Assembly (NCBI GenBank): GCA_964016885.1
Contig: OZ024742.1
Coordinates: forward strand, 138,942,001 to 139,006,000
Length of the DNA stretch: 64,000 bases
Source of the DNA: Eledone cirrhosa
Lineage: Eukaryota
Direction: 5' to 3'
Shown here in pieces: positions 38,701 to 53,500 of the stretch; position 1 is the stretch's first letter; every line of letters begins with the position of its first letter. A program made the position numbers and the translations under genes. Below the pieces are notes generated by a model. The model ran no database searches. It was not told the DNA's origin and worked only from the letters and a program-made list of their open reading frames with translations.

Positions 38701-40853
38701 GAGATATTAAATGATGATGATGCTGACAGATGTTTTCTCATGAAAAAGAAATTAATTTTCATATTGTTGAATTCTATGAAGACAAAATTATAATGTTTTG
38801 AAACTTTAACATCATCATTAAGGATGAGGCAATTTTTAATGTAAGGTAGTATAGTTAATACAAAGCCTTATGAGATATGTAATACATGACTGATAAGTTT
38901 CAGAAAGTCGGTACAATGCGATAGAAATATATAAAGAGCAAAAGATAACAAATAAAAGAAAACAATGTAATGTTTTACTCAATATATTTCAACATGATAT
39001 TTCAGTGCTTTTCAAATGTAAAACGAAGATGGTTCAAAACAAAAACAAACAATTGATGTGTTCTTCCTTATTCAAATTATCATCATCATCATCATCATTT
39101 TTACGTCTGTTTATCCACGCTTGCATGGGTTGGGCAGGTCCTTCTCAGCACAGCATCACTCCACTGGCCGTGTTCTTTCTTCATCTCCTCTGTCAGTCTC
39201 AGTGATTTGAGGTTAGCTCACCCCACTACTGCCCAGGTCTTTCTTGGTCTACCTTTACTGCAGCTTCCTTTCACTGGCATTTCCTGGCACTTCTTCACTC
39301 ATTCATCATCCATGAACATCACATATACCAATGCAGTCTACTCTCCTGCACACCACCTCAGATTCATCTTAAACCCAGTTTCTTCCCCATTTCATCCGGG
39401 CTCTGCCTTTTTCTCACATTTACATTGCACATTCACTGGAGCATGTCAAGCTTTATTTCTCTCCAGTCTACACATATCTTCTGCAGTCACTGCCCATATT
39501 TCACTAATATGCAGTATCACATTGCACTATAACTCTTTCCATCACATTCATAACTAGAGTTTTATTCCTTTATAGTTGCTCCTTTCTAGAGCATCACTTT
39601 TGCCATTGTAGCAATTTATGAATGTACTACTGTGTCAGTCATTGTGTATCATTTTGTCCTTTATTTCCTGACTGACTATGCAGGTTACTAGTTCAACTCC
39701 TACTTCTCCCAATGCTTTTAGCATCTCAGTAACTATCTCTGAATATTCTGCAGCTTTAGCATTCTTCATCTCTTTGCTCGCTTCTTTGGCCCTATAACTG
39801 TCAACTTCAATAGCTCGTCCTTCAATTGGGTAAGTTGGGCGTAGTCTGTCTTCCTCCCATACATTCTCTACATTCATCAGTCTATCATAGTAACATCTCC
39901 AGGCTTCTTTCTTTTAGGCGTCAGTGGTGTTAACTGCACCAGCATCATTTCTAACACATTTTTTCCCAATAACAACTTGATTCACACTGGCACACTGCTC
40001 TCCAATGCAAAATACTTTAATTCTCTGGTCCTCATGCCTAAAGACATTGGCAAACTTTCTTTATGCAGCCTCTCTCTGAGCTGAGTATACCTATTGTCTA
40101 GTTTTTATCTTAGCTACCTGGTACTGGTCTCTGCTATCCCATTTTTCCAGTCTTTCCGTGCCTGACTCTTGGCTTTAATGGCTCTATAAAATGTAAAACA
40201 AAAATGGTTCAAAACAAAAATGAACGATTGTTGTGTTCTTTTCTAACTTAAGGAAGAACACATTGATCCATAGCAGGATTTGAAATGAAAATGTAGGGGA
40301 ACAAATAATGTGAGGTATTAATGGCATCATTTTATTATTTATGTCACCTCAGGGGCCCCCATGAAGGCTAAATAATCCATCTAGCTATCTTACCTGTGTT
40401 CCGTATTCAGCAAACATTAAGTGGGGTGGTAGTCGTTGTACCAAGTGCTGTTTTACATCACGAATAGAACAGCCACAAATTAGCAAAGTCTTGTCTTTTA
40501 TTGGAAGATATTTGGCAGCATCTGTGATACTCAAAGTGTCATCATCAGGAGATTCCAAGAGAAAACTAGTAAGACGGGATCCTATGTTAATAAAACTGAA
40601 GATGAGATAAGGATTACAAACAATCTGTTAGAGACAGTATCATTTTTAAATACTATATATATATATATATATATATGGAGAGAGAGAGAGAGAGAGAGAG
40701 AGGTATAAATCCAAACCGAGAAGCCAAGCAGTTTTGGCTTGTGTATCAAACCAAAACCGCTTGGAATCAAGATCAGGATGATACCTATATTTATTCCCAT
40801 CATGCATTGAGTACTCCTAATATTTATAGTCTACTCAGTCTCAGTACCACATA

Positions 40854-40889
<36 letters not shown>

Positions 40890-41519
40890 GCAAAATGTAA
40901 GTGGAAGCCAAAAAACAAACAACAGAGTACAATGAAGAAAATTATTAGTTTAATCCTTGATATAGTATGAAAAGTGTCTTAATGTTTTGGAGATAGAACG
41001 ATAAATAAAAGATGAAATAGGGAGTTAGAGAGTGAGAAGGGGAAGAAACAGAAAACTTTTTTTGAGAAAACACATTCAATTTTAAGCCTATTCCCGATGG
41101 TCACAGTATAAAAACAAGGAAATTTAGATAATAATTTTTTTGAAAAAAATTTTCTTTAAAAATTTATGATTTTGTAACTTCACATCCTTGGGATGAAGTT
41201 CTACCAGTGGAAACATGTGTTAATAGCATATTGAATCTTTGGTGCTTCTTAATCTTTATATATCAGCTCTGTGTGATGTGAACCTCTTTGCATTGAGCTT
41301 TAAACCCCCTGGTAAAGTTTATACCCAATAATAGCAACAGTGTTATCATTATTAATATTATATATATGTTAGTTAGATCTGTAGCTACAGGTACAGGTGA
41401 CATGCCGTTCATAACACTCAATGCTGCTATGTGGCCTCTCTCGTTTGGGTTGTATTCCAATTATAATATGTCAATAAAGTTTGTACTTATGCTGCAACAC
41501 TGACTTCGACTCTTCTTAA

Positions 41520-41595
<76 letters not shown>

Positions 41596-44500
41596 ATCAT
41601 CATTTTACGTCCGCTTTTCCCTGCTTGCAAGGGTGGGACGGGAACTGATTCTGGCTTGATTTCTACAGCTGGATGCCCTTCCTAACACCAACCTCATTTA
41701 CAGTGAGTGCTGGGTGCTTTTTTGCCATGGCACCCACACGACCACTTTGCAGTGGAATGATATGGACCCCAGTCCCTATCATCTCATTTCTACAGCTGAG
41801 TAAACTGGAGCAATGTGAAATAAAGTATCTTGCTCAAGGAAACAACATCACCCGGTCTGAGAATTGAACTCACAACCTTTCGATTGCAAGGCCAATGCTC
41901 TAACCACTAAGCCATGTGCCTCCATGTATATATACATACACATACACAAAGAGGGTGTGGTAAGATACCAGGTGGACCATAACGCACCAGAGTACTCAAT
42001 ACTTAGGGTAGTAGAGTGGGTAATAGGAAAAGAGTCAGGACCCTGATGGCTGAGCTCCGGCTGTTTCGACAGCTAGATCCAAACTAAGCCACCAGTATTA
42101 GAACGGCGGGAATCTAGCTGAACTTATCAAGGGGTACAGTCCATATATGGGCATAGAGTTAAAGCAAAAAAAGAAAAAAAGATCTAAGCAAAAAATCTTA
42201 AAAGTTTGTTGTTTTTCTTGTGTGTTACGGGGAGTGGTCAGTGATCTGGGGTGTTGTGTACATAGTCAAAAACCTTCATAGCGGGGGGGTGAGTGGGGAC
42301 AAACAGGCCGAAACACAAGCGGGAAGGGGTAAGGCAGACTGACCTGAGGATGCCAAGCCAGTCAGGCGTGTACGCACGGCATTAAGAGAGATTTTATCCT
42401 ATATCATCTTCATCATTTTACGTCCACTATTCCCTGCTTGCAAGGGTAGGACAACTATCTTAATCTATAGAAACGGTAAACTTCTATTGGGCAACACTCA
42501 CTACCATACAACAACACAGACTGAACATAGGTATTAAAAACCCTGCCTCTTGTTTCAAGGGATAGGCACCTTCTGGTTATACTGTGTATACAGAGTATCA
42601 TAGTTTTACGTCCATTTTCCAAGCTGACATGGGTTGGACACATTGTCACATTCTGAGACTTGCTCATATGTTTTATTTTGGCATGGAAGCCCTTCCTAAT
42701 GCCTACTATATTACAGCAGGCAAGGATGTTCATTTTTGTACCTACTATGTGATTTACCACCATTAATAATTTAAATAGTAACAAAATATGTACAAGAAGA
42801 AATATAATGAAATTGGTGCAAATCTGAGATATTTCTTAGATATTTCATGTTGAAGAAAATTCAACTAAGTTTTTCTTTTTATTTACTGTTTAATCAAGAA
42901 AGTAAAAACAGTGGGTATGACTATTTTCAGGGCCTCCAAAACAGGAACAGGAGAAGAAGTTGGAATGGAAGAAAGAAAGAAAGTATCCACAAACTCGTCT
43001 AAATCTTTGCATCAGAGTGGAATCTTCTACACCAAATACAGTAGGATTTGAACTCAAAACACAAACAGACAGAACATAAACCACAAGGCATCTCATCCAA
43101 TGTTCTAACAATCCCACCAGCTTTGTATTAGTATCTAATAATAGTTCCTCCCCTAATCAAAGATGAAACAGAAACTTCAGAAACAGCATGATATGTAATG
43201 ATGTGAGAAGGACTCAGAGTTAACTCCGAGAGTTAACCTTGAGAGAGAAAGAACAAGAGACTGATAGTAACTAGAAATTGAGAGCAAGAGAGAGTTGTAA
43301 ACATAAAATGATATAAATATATATATATATATATATAAAGTAAGTAAATAAATAAATTAAGAAGTCAAATGAAATGTGGCTACTTACTCTGAATGAGTAA
43401 AATGTGAGATGTAGTCATTAAATACAGTTTGAAGTGCTGGTAAGTCTTCAAACTGGACAGACGAATGGACATCAAATGCAGGAACCAACTGCATACCTCG
43501 ATCCATACAGAACTTATCAATCTCTAACAATTCACTGAAAAATAAGTAACAACCAATGTTATTTTCATTGTGTATAACTGCATCCCACAAGGAGAAAATG
43601 AACTTGGATATGAATGTGAAAGCAGATAAAGAGTGACAGAATGAGTAGATAGGTGGGTACTGCATAGAGTAGTAGAGACACAGTAACGATTGCACAGGGG
43701 CAGTGGATGGAGATTTAACTGGGTTGTAGTGAGGCTTAGGCATGAGAGCATTGAATTCACAATTGTGATGCTGTGAGTTTGATTTCCAGACTGGGTGATA
43801 CATTGTGTTCTTGAACAAGACACTCTATTTTACGTTGCTCCAGTTCACTCAGCTAGAACTAATGTGTTGTAACATCACTGGTGTCAAGGTGTATCAGCCA
43901 TTGCCTTTCCCTTGGACAACATCAGTGGCATAGAGAGGGGAGACTAGTATGCATGGGTGTTGCTAGTCTTCCACAAAAACACCTTGCCAGGACTTGTGCC
44001 TCAGAAGGGAAACTTTCTAGGTGCAAATCCCATGATCATTCTTGACCGAAGTCTTTAGTGAGTGTGGGACCTTAATACAGCCAGTTGTTTAAGGTGGTTT
44101 AAGTTAGCAATGTGTTGATATGAAGGTGATTTGGCTGCTGTTCAAGTAGCTGGAATGACCCATATTGGTTAATATTGCATTTGGTAAATAAAAGCATATG
44201 AGCTGGGTTGTAGAGGTTTATGTGATATACATACCTACAGCTATAACATAACTGCCATGATGAACTGGTTTGATGCTGGAATCTAGTGTACAAATGTATC
44301 TAAAAAGAGAAAAGAAAAGATAGAAGTAACAAACCAATTCTATTTTTCAGATTAGGTACAAGGCCAATCTTTTATAAGAGCAGAATCATCTGTTAATTAT
44401 TTCACCATTATTTCAACAGTGTGAAATGTAAATTGGTAGCACTGGTGTCACAGAAAAGAAAACCAATGGGGTCACAAAAAAAGAACCAGTTCACCCTGTA

Positions 44501-47500
44501 AGGTGGTTGTGCAGGTGACACAAAAAAGGTTCTGAGCCTGGATAGGTCATATGACTGCTTCTCACTCATATCTTCCATTTTGGCATGTTTTTTTATGGAT
44601 GGATGCCCTTTTTAATGCCAAATACTTCATGGCACCAACACTACCACCTAACAGGGTGGACTTTTTATCATGGAACCAGCATATGTAAATAAATTAAAGG
44701 TTGAGATAATGTCAGCAAATTTAGGCAGGCAAGATTAACAGAAGTAAGAAGCAAGAGATTAGAAAAGAAAAATAAGACATACCTGATTAAACTTCAGGAA
44801 AGAGAGACTGTGAAGCATATGTTTCAGAGTTTCCTGCAAGAGACAAAAGCTTATGTTAACAGAATAAACACAGTTGTGTACAATATACAGAGGACCTTCT
44901 ATTGCCTTGCTTTTGTTTTTACTGCTTTGTCAGGGCCTCAAAGACTGGTGGGAGGGAGGTAGTGATAGAAAAAATATGTATCCACAAACTGGTCTGAATG
45001 CTTACAACAGAATGAACTCTGCTACAGGCAACCAAGGGCCAGGATGTGGTGTTAAACAAGGTGACAGATTAAGTCTACCACCCAAGTCTCAATGGGATTT
45101 GAACTCAGAACAAATACCGCAAGGCATCATGTCCAATTTTCTACAATTCCACTAGCTTTGTATCATCATCATCACCCATGCTTTCATGCCTTTGTCGGCT
45201 GTGACGTGCTGAGGTCGGACTGGTCAGGTGACTAGGCCCTGCTTGTATGCTTTGTCAGTTTCACATGTTTTTTCAATGGGGAAATGGATTGAATGGGTTA
45301 GTATCCACACAGCATTTCTCCATTTGTCCTAATCTGTCATTTAGCTTGTGAGACTCAGCATTCTCAGACCAGACCTCACAACTTTTGTCACTGCCACGAC
45401 CACTGGTCTCAGAATGTTGAGTCTCACAAAACACATACCATTCAAGGTAAACTATTTGGGGTGGTAGATGTTTTATTTGCTACACCCCAGGAAGCAAATT
45501 CAGAGATACTTCACTCAAATCATTGGTAGTGGCAGGCCGGATCAAGGGATGGATTTCAGTGCCTAACTTGACAGCCTACCACGGCTCTCGGTGAGGGATC
45601 CAGAGTGTTGTGAAAGGCCAATAACAGCTAATGAAATATGGGATGCAAAGGTTAGCCACGCGAGAAGCAAATCACCTGGTTTTGATGGCCAGCCCCACAA
45701 GATTTACGCAAATAAGACAGACTTGTAAGACAATATCTTAGCATATATCTCCACAAAACGGGAGAGAATTCCCACTTCTCTGATCCGAAGGGTGATGGCA
45801 GTGCTGAGAAATGAACCATACAAGAGGGACCATATAGATAATTTCAAGCCCATAACTGTTAAATGCATAGTTTAAAATTCTGGCCAAGGTGTTAGCGACT
45901 AGGTTGGCGTTTGTCGTCAGTGGTCTGGTAGGGGAGGCACAGACATTCCGGACAGACCTACCCACGACAACCGCCACCTTATGCAATACATCATAAACAG
46001 AGTGGCTAAGGAACTTGACACGGGTAGGCCCTTGATCAATTTAGATCAATCGAAAGCTTTCAATAAGATTGACCATCAGTACCTGGTGGCAGTCCTGAAG
46101 GCAGTCGTCAGCCTCAGGCTCAATTTCAGTTTTTATCTGCCTAGTGGCCTCAGCGAATGAAATCATGAGGTAGACATGTTTGAAAGCCCAGATATTCATT
46201 GCAGTGACTAGATTTCTCACATTCTGGTTGGATTTAAAAATCAATTTTACTCTTTTTTATTATCATTATTATTATTATTATTATTATTATTCAGTAGTTT
46301 AGGGTAGTAGATTGACAGTATTGGTTTGTGACATATAGTTACAGCCCTTTACATACTGAGTTCAAATCCTGCCGGAGTCACTTTGTCTTTCATGCTTCTA
46401 GGATTGATAAAATAAAATACTAATTAAGTACTAGGATTATTATAATCAACTCCCTCCACAAACACACAAAAAAAATGTTAGAAAGAATTATATTTATTGC
46501 TTAGTGCATTTCTCATACCTTGGGTATATGCAACATCACATTTAAAAAATTTTTTTTTTATGTCATTGAAAGCAGTTTATAAAATATATGTGCCATGCCG
46601 AGTAGTGCACTATTTCTCTATATTGTGCACATTTGTAAGCTTGTTCTTTTTAGGGGTGAGTGTGTGTTTGTGTGTGGGGAGGGTTTATATATTTGTCTGC
46701 ACTTTTTTTTGCTTTTTTTTTATATCATTGCCTATTATTATAGGGATTTTTATACATGGATAATTAATTTATCAGCTAGTAGACAGATACTTCATAACCA
46801 ACGGCCTCTTGGGTGCCTTTAGCAGAGACCACTCTGTTCTAAGCCTTTAGACCAAGTATCCAGTCTGAGGTAACTAAATATTTTGGTGCACTGTTTCCAA
46901 CCAAGAGTAAAGGATTCTTCCGCCTCTCTCATTAGTTGCAGGTGAACAATGTCATTGCCCTTCCACCTTTAAATAAGCCATAAAATAACAAAAAATATAT
47001 TCAGTGGGAGAAATGATCATTAATCAATAAAAGATATACAAGAAGATTAAATAAAACTTACTAAACTAGGTACACGTCCTTTAGAAATATCAAGCAGAAC
47101 ACCTCTGTAAGGCAGCGATGGTGAATCTGTAATCTAAATAAAAATATGAAATGACAACATTTAGGGAAATTACATACTTTCTTTAATTTTTTTAACTTTT
47201 ACATATCACAAATAAAGCCTTGCTGGAGCACTGCCAATGTTTGCTTTGTTTTTATATTTTGCTACAAATAGATTAACTGCTATTATGAATCAAAGTTTTC
47301 AATATAAAATGATATCAAACATCATCAGCAGCAAGTCTGGGACAGTAAACTTACTGTTCTTTTCTGTCTCATGTTGTTGATTAGCTCCATCACTATCACC
47401 ATCATTATTTAATGCCCATTTTCCCTGCTAACAAGGATTGGACATGTCATCACACATCAACTCAGTACTTAATCAAAGAGACTGGTCTCTCAGATGCGCT

Positions 47501-50500
47501 GAGACCTTGTCTGGCTTACATGTGTTTCCATACCCTATAGAGTGTGCCATGCAACAGCACTGGGTAGGTTGTCGTGTCCTTGACACAACTGAAGATTGCT
47601 CTCTACCCTTTGCTTTTCAAGTTTTCTATGCCCTGCCTATTACCAACACCACTTTGCAGTCAATATAAGATAAAAACTTTCTTTTCTCTCATGGTCAAAT
47701 CACATCATCATTGTTTGCACATCAAATTTTCCATGTCAGCATGGGTTGGATGGGACTTTTTGAAGCAATGTTTTACAGCCAAATGCTCTTCTTGACACTA
47801 ACTCTTTTAGTCACTTCTCACAACATCCAAAGATGTGGTGTGCCTATTCTAAATATATATACACATATAATACAAGGAGCAGTAAAAAGCTAACTAGAAA
47901 ATAACTCAGTTTTCCTGAATTCTGTTCCTATTTCACACACAGTTGAATGTCAAACAGTAGTAAGGGAACCCAGTTGTAAATGCATTTGCTCTAACAAAGT
48001 CTTTTTTAAAAACCTTACCCATGCAACATAGAAAAATGGATGTAAAAATAACAACAAAAATCTTAATAAATATAATTTACCAGCACCAAACTATGGGTGT
48101 AATGAGTAAATTACTGTATATACTTGTATATAAGCTGAGAAATAAATTACAAAAAATTAGATGGTAAAATCGCGGGGAAGTTATATTCAAGGTCAATATT
48201 TTGCCAATTTTGACCAACATTCTACGTAAATGAGGTGCTAATATATTTTTGCTTTGGAAATGAATATTACACAGGTATTACTTTGGGGGTGACATTTTTA
48301 TTGTTTTTTAGGTTTTGAATGAATATGGCCTTCAAAACTTTCAGAAATTGGTAAAAAAAACATTAGATAAGGGAGTTGTGAAACAAAAACTATACACTAT
48401 ATGTCACCCTTAAAATATTTAAAATATCAAAATATTAAAACTTCATAAATATATTTTCTACTCGTGAGAATCTCAAGGCTATGCCATCTAAATATAATGT
48501 GTTGATTAGCTGCCATGGCTTATAAACAGGATTTGGATTTTTGCCCATTTCTAAGACATAAAATAGGAGGTTGGCTTATATTCAAGTATATATGGTATAT
48601 TATTCTGCAATAAAGCTTAAATACTTTACAAATGTTACAGCTAACAGCTAGTAGTCATTAGGCTATCAGGGTTTATTTCTCCCATAACTGGAGCTGTAAT
48701 GTGCCTCTGGTCAAGCTATATAACTGTATATAGGTACAATGATGAAGTAAGCAAGCAGAGGAAACAGAGCATAACTGAGGAGTATTTTGTTGGCTTGCAT
48801 TGTGGGATTGAAATCTGATAAAGATATTGTATGTATCTAGTATTACACCATCTAATGTGTTCTTTTTAAAGATTGTAGGGTGTAATTTCTGAGAAATATG
48901 GCTGCAATTTTGAACAGGTCAAGTAACTGCATGAAAACTACTTCACTGGTTCAAATCATTATCATCCATTTTCCTTGCTAACATGAATTTGCCACGTTAT
49001 CATAAATCAAATCATACTTAATCGGAGCCTCTGCTCATTCTCAGACAGGCTGGGGTCCATCTCGCTTACATATGTTCCCATATTCTACAGAGTGAAAGGT
49101 GTCATACAATCATGGCACCAGCATTATGGAGGTTGACATGTTTGACACAAATGATATCTAATTTGGAGATGAATCCCACTAAAATCAAAATATGACTAAT
49201 AAATTATGTGACTATCACTCATCATGATGATCATCATCACCATCATTTTACGTCCATTGTTCCATGCTTACATGGGTTGGACAGGTCCTTCTCAGTACAG
49301 CATCCCTCCACTTTTTGCATTCCTTCATCATCTCCTCTGTGAGCTTTAGCAATCTGAGATCAACCCTCACCATCCAAGTCTTCCTTGGTCTTCCTCTCCT
49401 ACATCTTCCTTCCACTGGGACTACTTGGCACCTCTTCATGCACTCTCTAATTTTAATCTATATCAGAAGTACAACAGCGATTAGTGAACAGATCATTGGG
49501 TGTGAAAAAAGACGAATCATCATCATCACCATCATTCTCCCTGCTAGCAAAAGGTTGGATGAGTCATTGCTACTGACCTCTTAGATGGGCTAGGAGGACC
49601 CATATCATACTAACATATGTTCCTGCACTCTACGGAGTGCACCAGGTGCGTTTTATCATGACATCAGCATGATGAAGGCTTGTCATGTGTTTGACACAAC
49701 TGAAGAGTTGTGCTGACCCTAAACAACTAATTGTTAATAAACAAGTGGATATGTTTATTAATTAGTAAATTAGCAAAACAAACAAACATAATTGATCCCC
49801 AAAACACAACATTATCTATTTCCACACATACTACTGTTAGATAAAATAAAATTTTATCTGCCAAAAATTTAGAATAAAACAAAATTAAGGAGAACTTACT
49901 TCTAATAATGGTACATGGATGCCTGTTTTTGATTTGTATAAATTGAACAATTGGCTTAATGTAATGATTGCATAAGAAAGACTCTGGAGATCATGAGCAA
50001 TAATTTTGACCTGCAAAAGAAAGAAATTTGAAAATTCATTGAAGTATATCTATTTCAGAAATATTGCTAAAATGTCTTCAAATGCTAAACTTCAGTTTGT
50101 GCTGTTGTTCATAACATTTGTGAAGGAACATGGCATAGTGGCTAAGGTGTCGGACTTAAAATCATTGTAATGTCGTGGAATCGATTCTTGGGCCATATGG
50201 TGGGTAGTCTTGTGTTCTTCAGCAAAAACACTTCTTTTCACATTGCTCTAGTCAACTTTCCTGCAAATGACTATCAACTGTAGCTGTGGGGAGAGGGGAG
50301 GGTATAATCATGTGACAGATTGGCGTATCTCTTCTTCTCACCTCAAGGTAATTTCTTCTCTACTTTCTCATCCCTGATCATGGAGTCTATGTGGAGGAGA
50401 GAAGATGCTCTAACCTCACAGACGACATGACATCTTTTCTAGTGCCACTATAAAATGCATCCAATACACACTGCAAAGTGCTTTGGGTTGATTGTCAGGT

Positions 50501-53500
50501 TGAGGAAAATATTTTCATTATTGTATACTTCTGTTTCACAATAAATTCATATCCCTCTTTTAATAACTCTGGTTACAGACAGAAAGCGGCGACTCTAGAT
50601 ACAGACAGAAAGATGTCAACTGTAGCTACAGACGGTAAGATGTCAACCACAGCTACAGGCAGAAAGATGTCAAATCTATAGACAGAAAGATGTCAACTCT
50701 AGCTACAGACAGAAAGATGTCAACTCTAGCTACAGACAGAAAGATGTCAGCTCTAGCTACAGATAGAAAGATGTCAACTCTAGCTACAGACAGAAAGATG
50801 TCAACTCTAGCTACAGACAGAAAGATGTCAACTCTAGCTACAGACAGAAAGATGTCAGCTCTAGCTACAGACAGAAAGATGTCAACCACAGCTACAGACA
50901 AAAATATCAACCCCCAATTCTAACATGTCGCTGAATTAAAAGTAACAGTAAAGAACCCCAAATAAATGTTGAATCAATTCAATAAAAAAAATGCTTACCT
51001 GAGAGGTCTGGACGATGATTTTGTAACTTGCTTTTTCCACACACAGTCGCCTGCTAACATGACATACAATACAGGTAGAGATGTGATCATATGTTGGGGA
51101 CTGTAGATCAATGACTGTATCAATACCCATTGATGCAAACATGAACTTCCAATAGTTCCACAGTTGAGCCATGGAGTGTATGTCTGTTACAAACAAGGGT
51201 TAAAAATCTATTATTATATAAGTTAGTAGAAACAATTATATAAGTTAGTGTTTCTGTCCTGTAAAATTTGACACACAAGGAAGGAAACCATAAGAGAGTG
51301 TATGTCTATGTGTGTGTGTGAAAGAGAGAGAGTGATGGTGGTAGTTCTGTTAGTCTTGGTATTGGTACTAGTGGTGGTGGTGTTTGAGAACTCATTTCTT
51401 TATGAAAAGGGGATGTCTAGATGAAAGAGAGAGATTGATGGTGGTGGTGGTGCTGCTCCTATTTATTTATGGGAAGGAGATGGTGAAAGTGTGTGTGAGA
51501 GAGTGTGGTGGTAGTGGTGTTGGAGATTTCATTTCTTTACAGAAAGGGGATAGTAAGAGCATGCATGTCTAGGTGAGAGGTCCCATGTCTTTATGGGAAG
51601 GGGATGGTAAGACTATATGTGTGTATAAGACAGAGAAGAGAGAAAGTGTAAAAGAGGGAGAGAAAGAGAGTGGAGAAATTATTTTTTGAAAAATAATGTT
51701 TAGCCTCAAATGATAACTGTATAAACATATTATTTACAGTAACAATAATAATAATTGTTTCTACTTTTGGCACAAGGCCATATATTTCCCAGTTAATAAC
51801 TGGTACTTTATTTTATCGACCCCGTAAGGATGAAAGGCAAAGTTAACCTTGGCGGGATTTGAACTCAGAATGGCAAGGGCTGTAACTCTATGCGTCAAAG
51901 CATAGCATCCGACCCTCTACCGATACTGCCAACATGACAACTATAATGATGGCAATAATAAAAAAAAAGGGAGGGGGGGGGGCAAAAAAAAAGAATAGCG
52001 AAATATAGAGAAAAAAGAGAGAAAGAAAGAAAACATGGGAAGGGGAGGGGATGGCAAGAGCCCAGGTGTGGCAGAAGAAAGGAGAAGGGGGAGGGTGATT
52101 GGGCTTTGGGCAAGATTTTGGCAAATTACATATTTTGGTAGTTTCAGTCATTTGTTAAACTTATTTGATTTATTTTGTTGTGTTGTATATATATGTAATT
52201 AAGTACTGTGTATATGATCATCACATTACCGAATTCCTTATAAATCTAACATTAAATATGATCTTTAATACTTGGCAATGTTTAATTACATCATCGAATT
52301 TCCACAGAGTCAGCCAGTAAAAAATTAAAAGGAGGGAATAATTAATTTAAAGGTGAATTGTTTTTAAATGGTTTTGTTTGGAGAAAGTGGCAGATCCCAT
52401 GAGACTCACAAGCTGTCCCCAAAGGGTGAGACTGCAACAAGTTTTGTGCAATCTGAGTATCTAAAAATTGTTGCATCATCATCATCATCACTGCAGCTGT
52501 CATGTTCATCATCGTGTCAGATAATCTATGCTAGCATGGGCTGGATGGGATATTCTGAAGCAGTATTCTATGACTAGATGTATTTCCTGGTGCCAACTGT
52601 TAATTATTTTACTGATCTTCACAAGCAATACCACAATCTAGGGGACATATTGTTTTATAACCATTATCATGTAACATCCATTTTCACTGCTAGCAAGTGT
52701 TGGGCAAAACAAGTGTCATCAGCTGCATGAGTAATGTTAATGCAAAGACACAGAGTCAGTCTCTCTCCCTCACACACGCACATATACACACAGGGAAAAC
52801 AGATGTTAAATAGGATGATGACGAGCTTGCATACAGATTCAATCAACCAAATTTTAATCACAAACCAGTGGTCAGCATATGGCTATTCTAAAAAAACAAT
52901 TACCCAAAGTTCCATAGAGTTAAACTGAACAATAGATTAAGTCTAACACTTAAAAACATAAAGAATACCTCCATCAGGCTTTCACACAGTATCTATCTAC
53001 CAAATTTTACTCGCAATGCTGCTGCCATGACAGAAAGTCCACCTTGTATGGTGATCTGGTGCCGCAACAACAAAAGCACCTAGACCACCCTTTAAGGTGG
53101 TCTTGCTGGTAACATGACAAGGGGCAGAAGCCACCCAATCCACCCTGTAAGAGGGTCATGCTAGTGACACTAGAGGCTTCCAATCAACCCATACAGTTGT
53201 CATGCTGGTGACACAAAAAAAAAGCATCCAGTCCACCCTGTAAGGCGGTTGTGCTGGTGACACGATTACAAAAGCACCCAATTCACCATGTAAGAAGGTT
53301 ATGTTAGTAACACAATGAATAAGCACCCAGTCCCCCTGTGAGGTGTCATTTTGGTGTCACAATAAAGAATTCCAACCTGTGATGTGATCATTGTTAGGAA
53401 GGCCATCCAGCCATACAAATCATGCCAAAATACAGATTCGTATGAGCAAGACATAGGTCACCTGAACTGACTTGTCTCATAATGTTGACAACCCATCTAA

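Noticed and set aside
41185-41225. GGATGA...GAAACATGTGT possible hammerhead
   Set aside because: Core C3/U4 missing and stems unsupported
50478-50923. MSTLATDRK repeat ORFs; array superficially CRISPR-like
   Set aside because: Contiguous 27-bp tandem units with no unique spacers; eukaryotic intron; no cas genes
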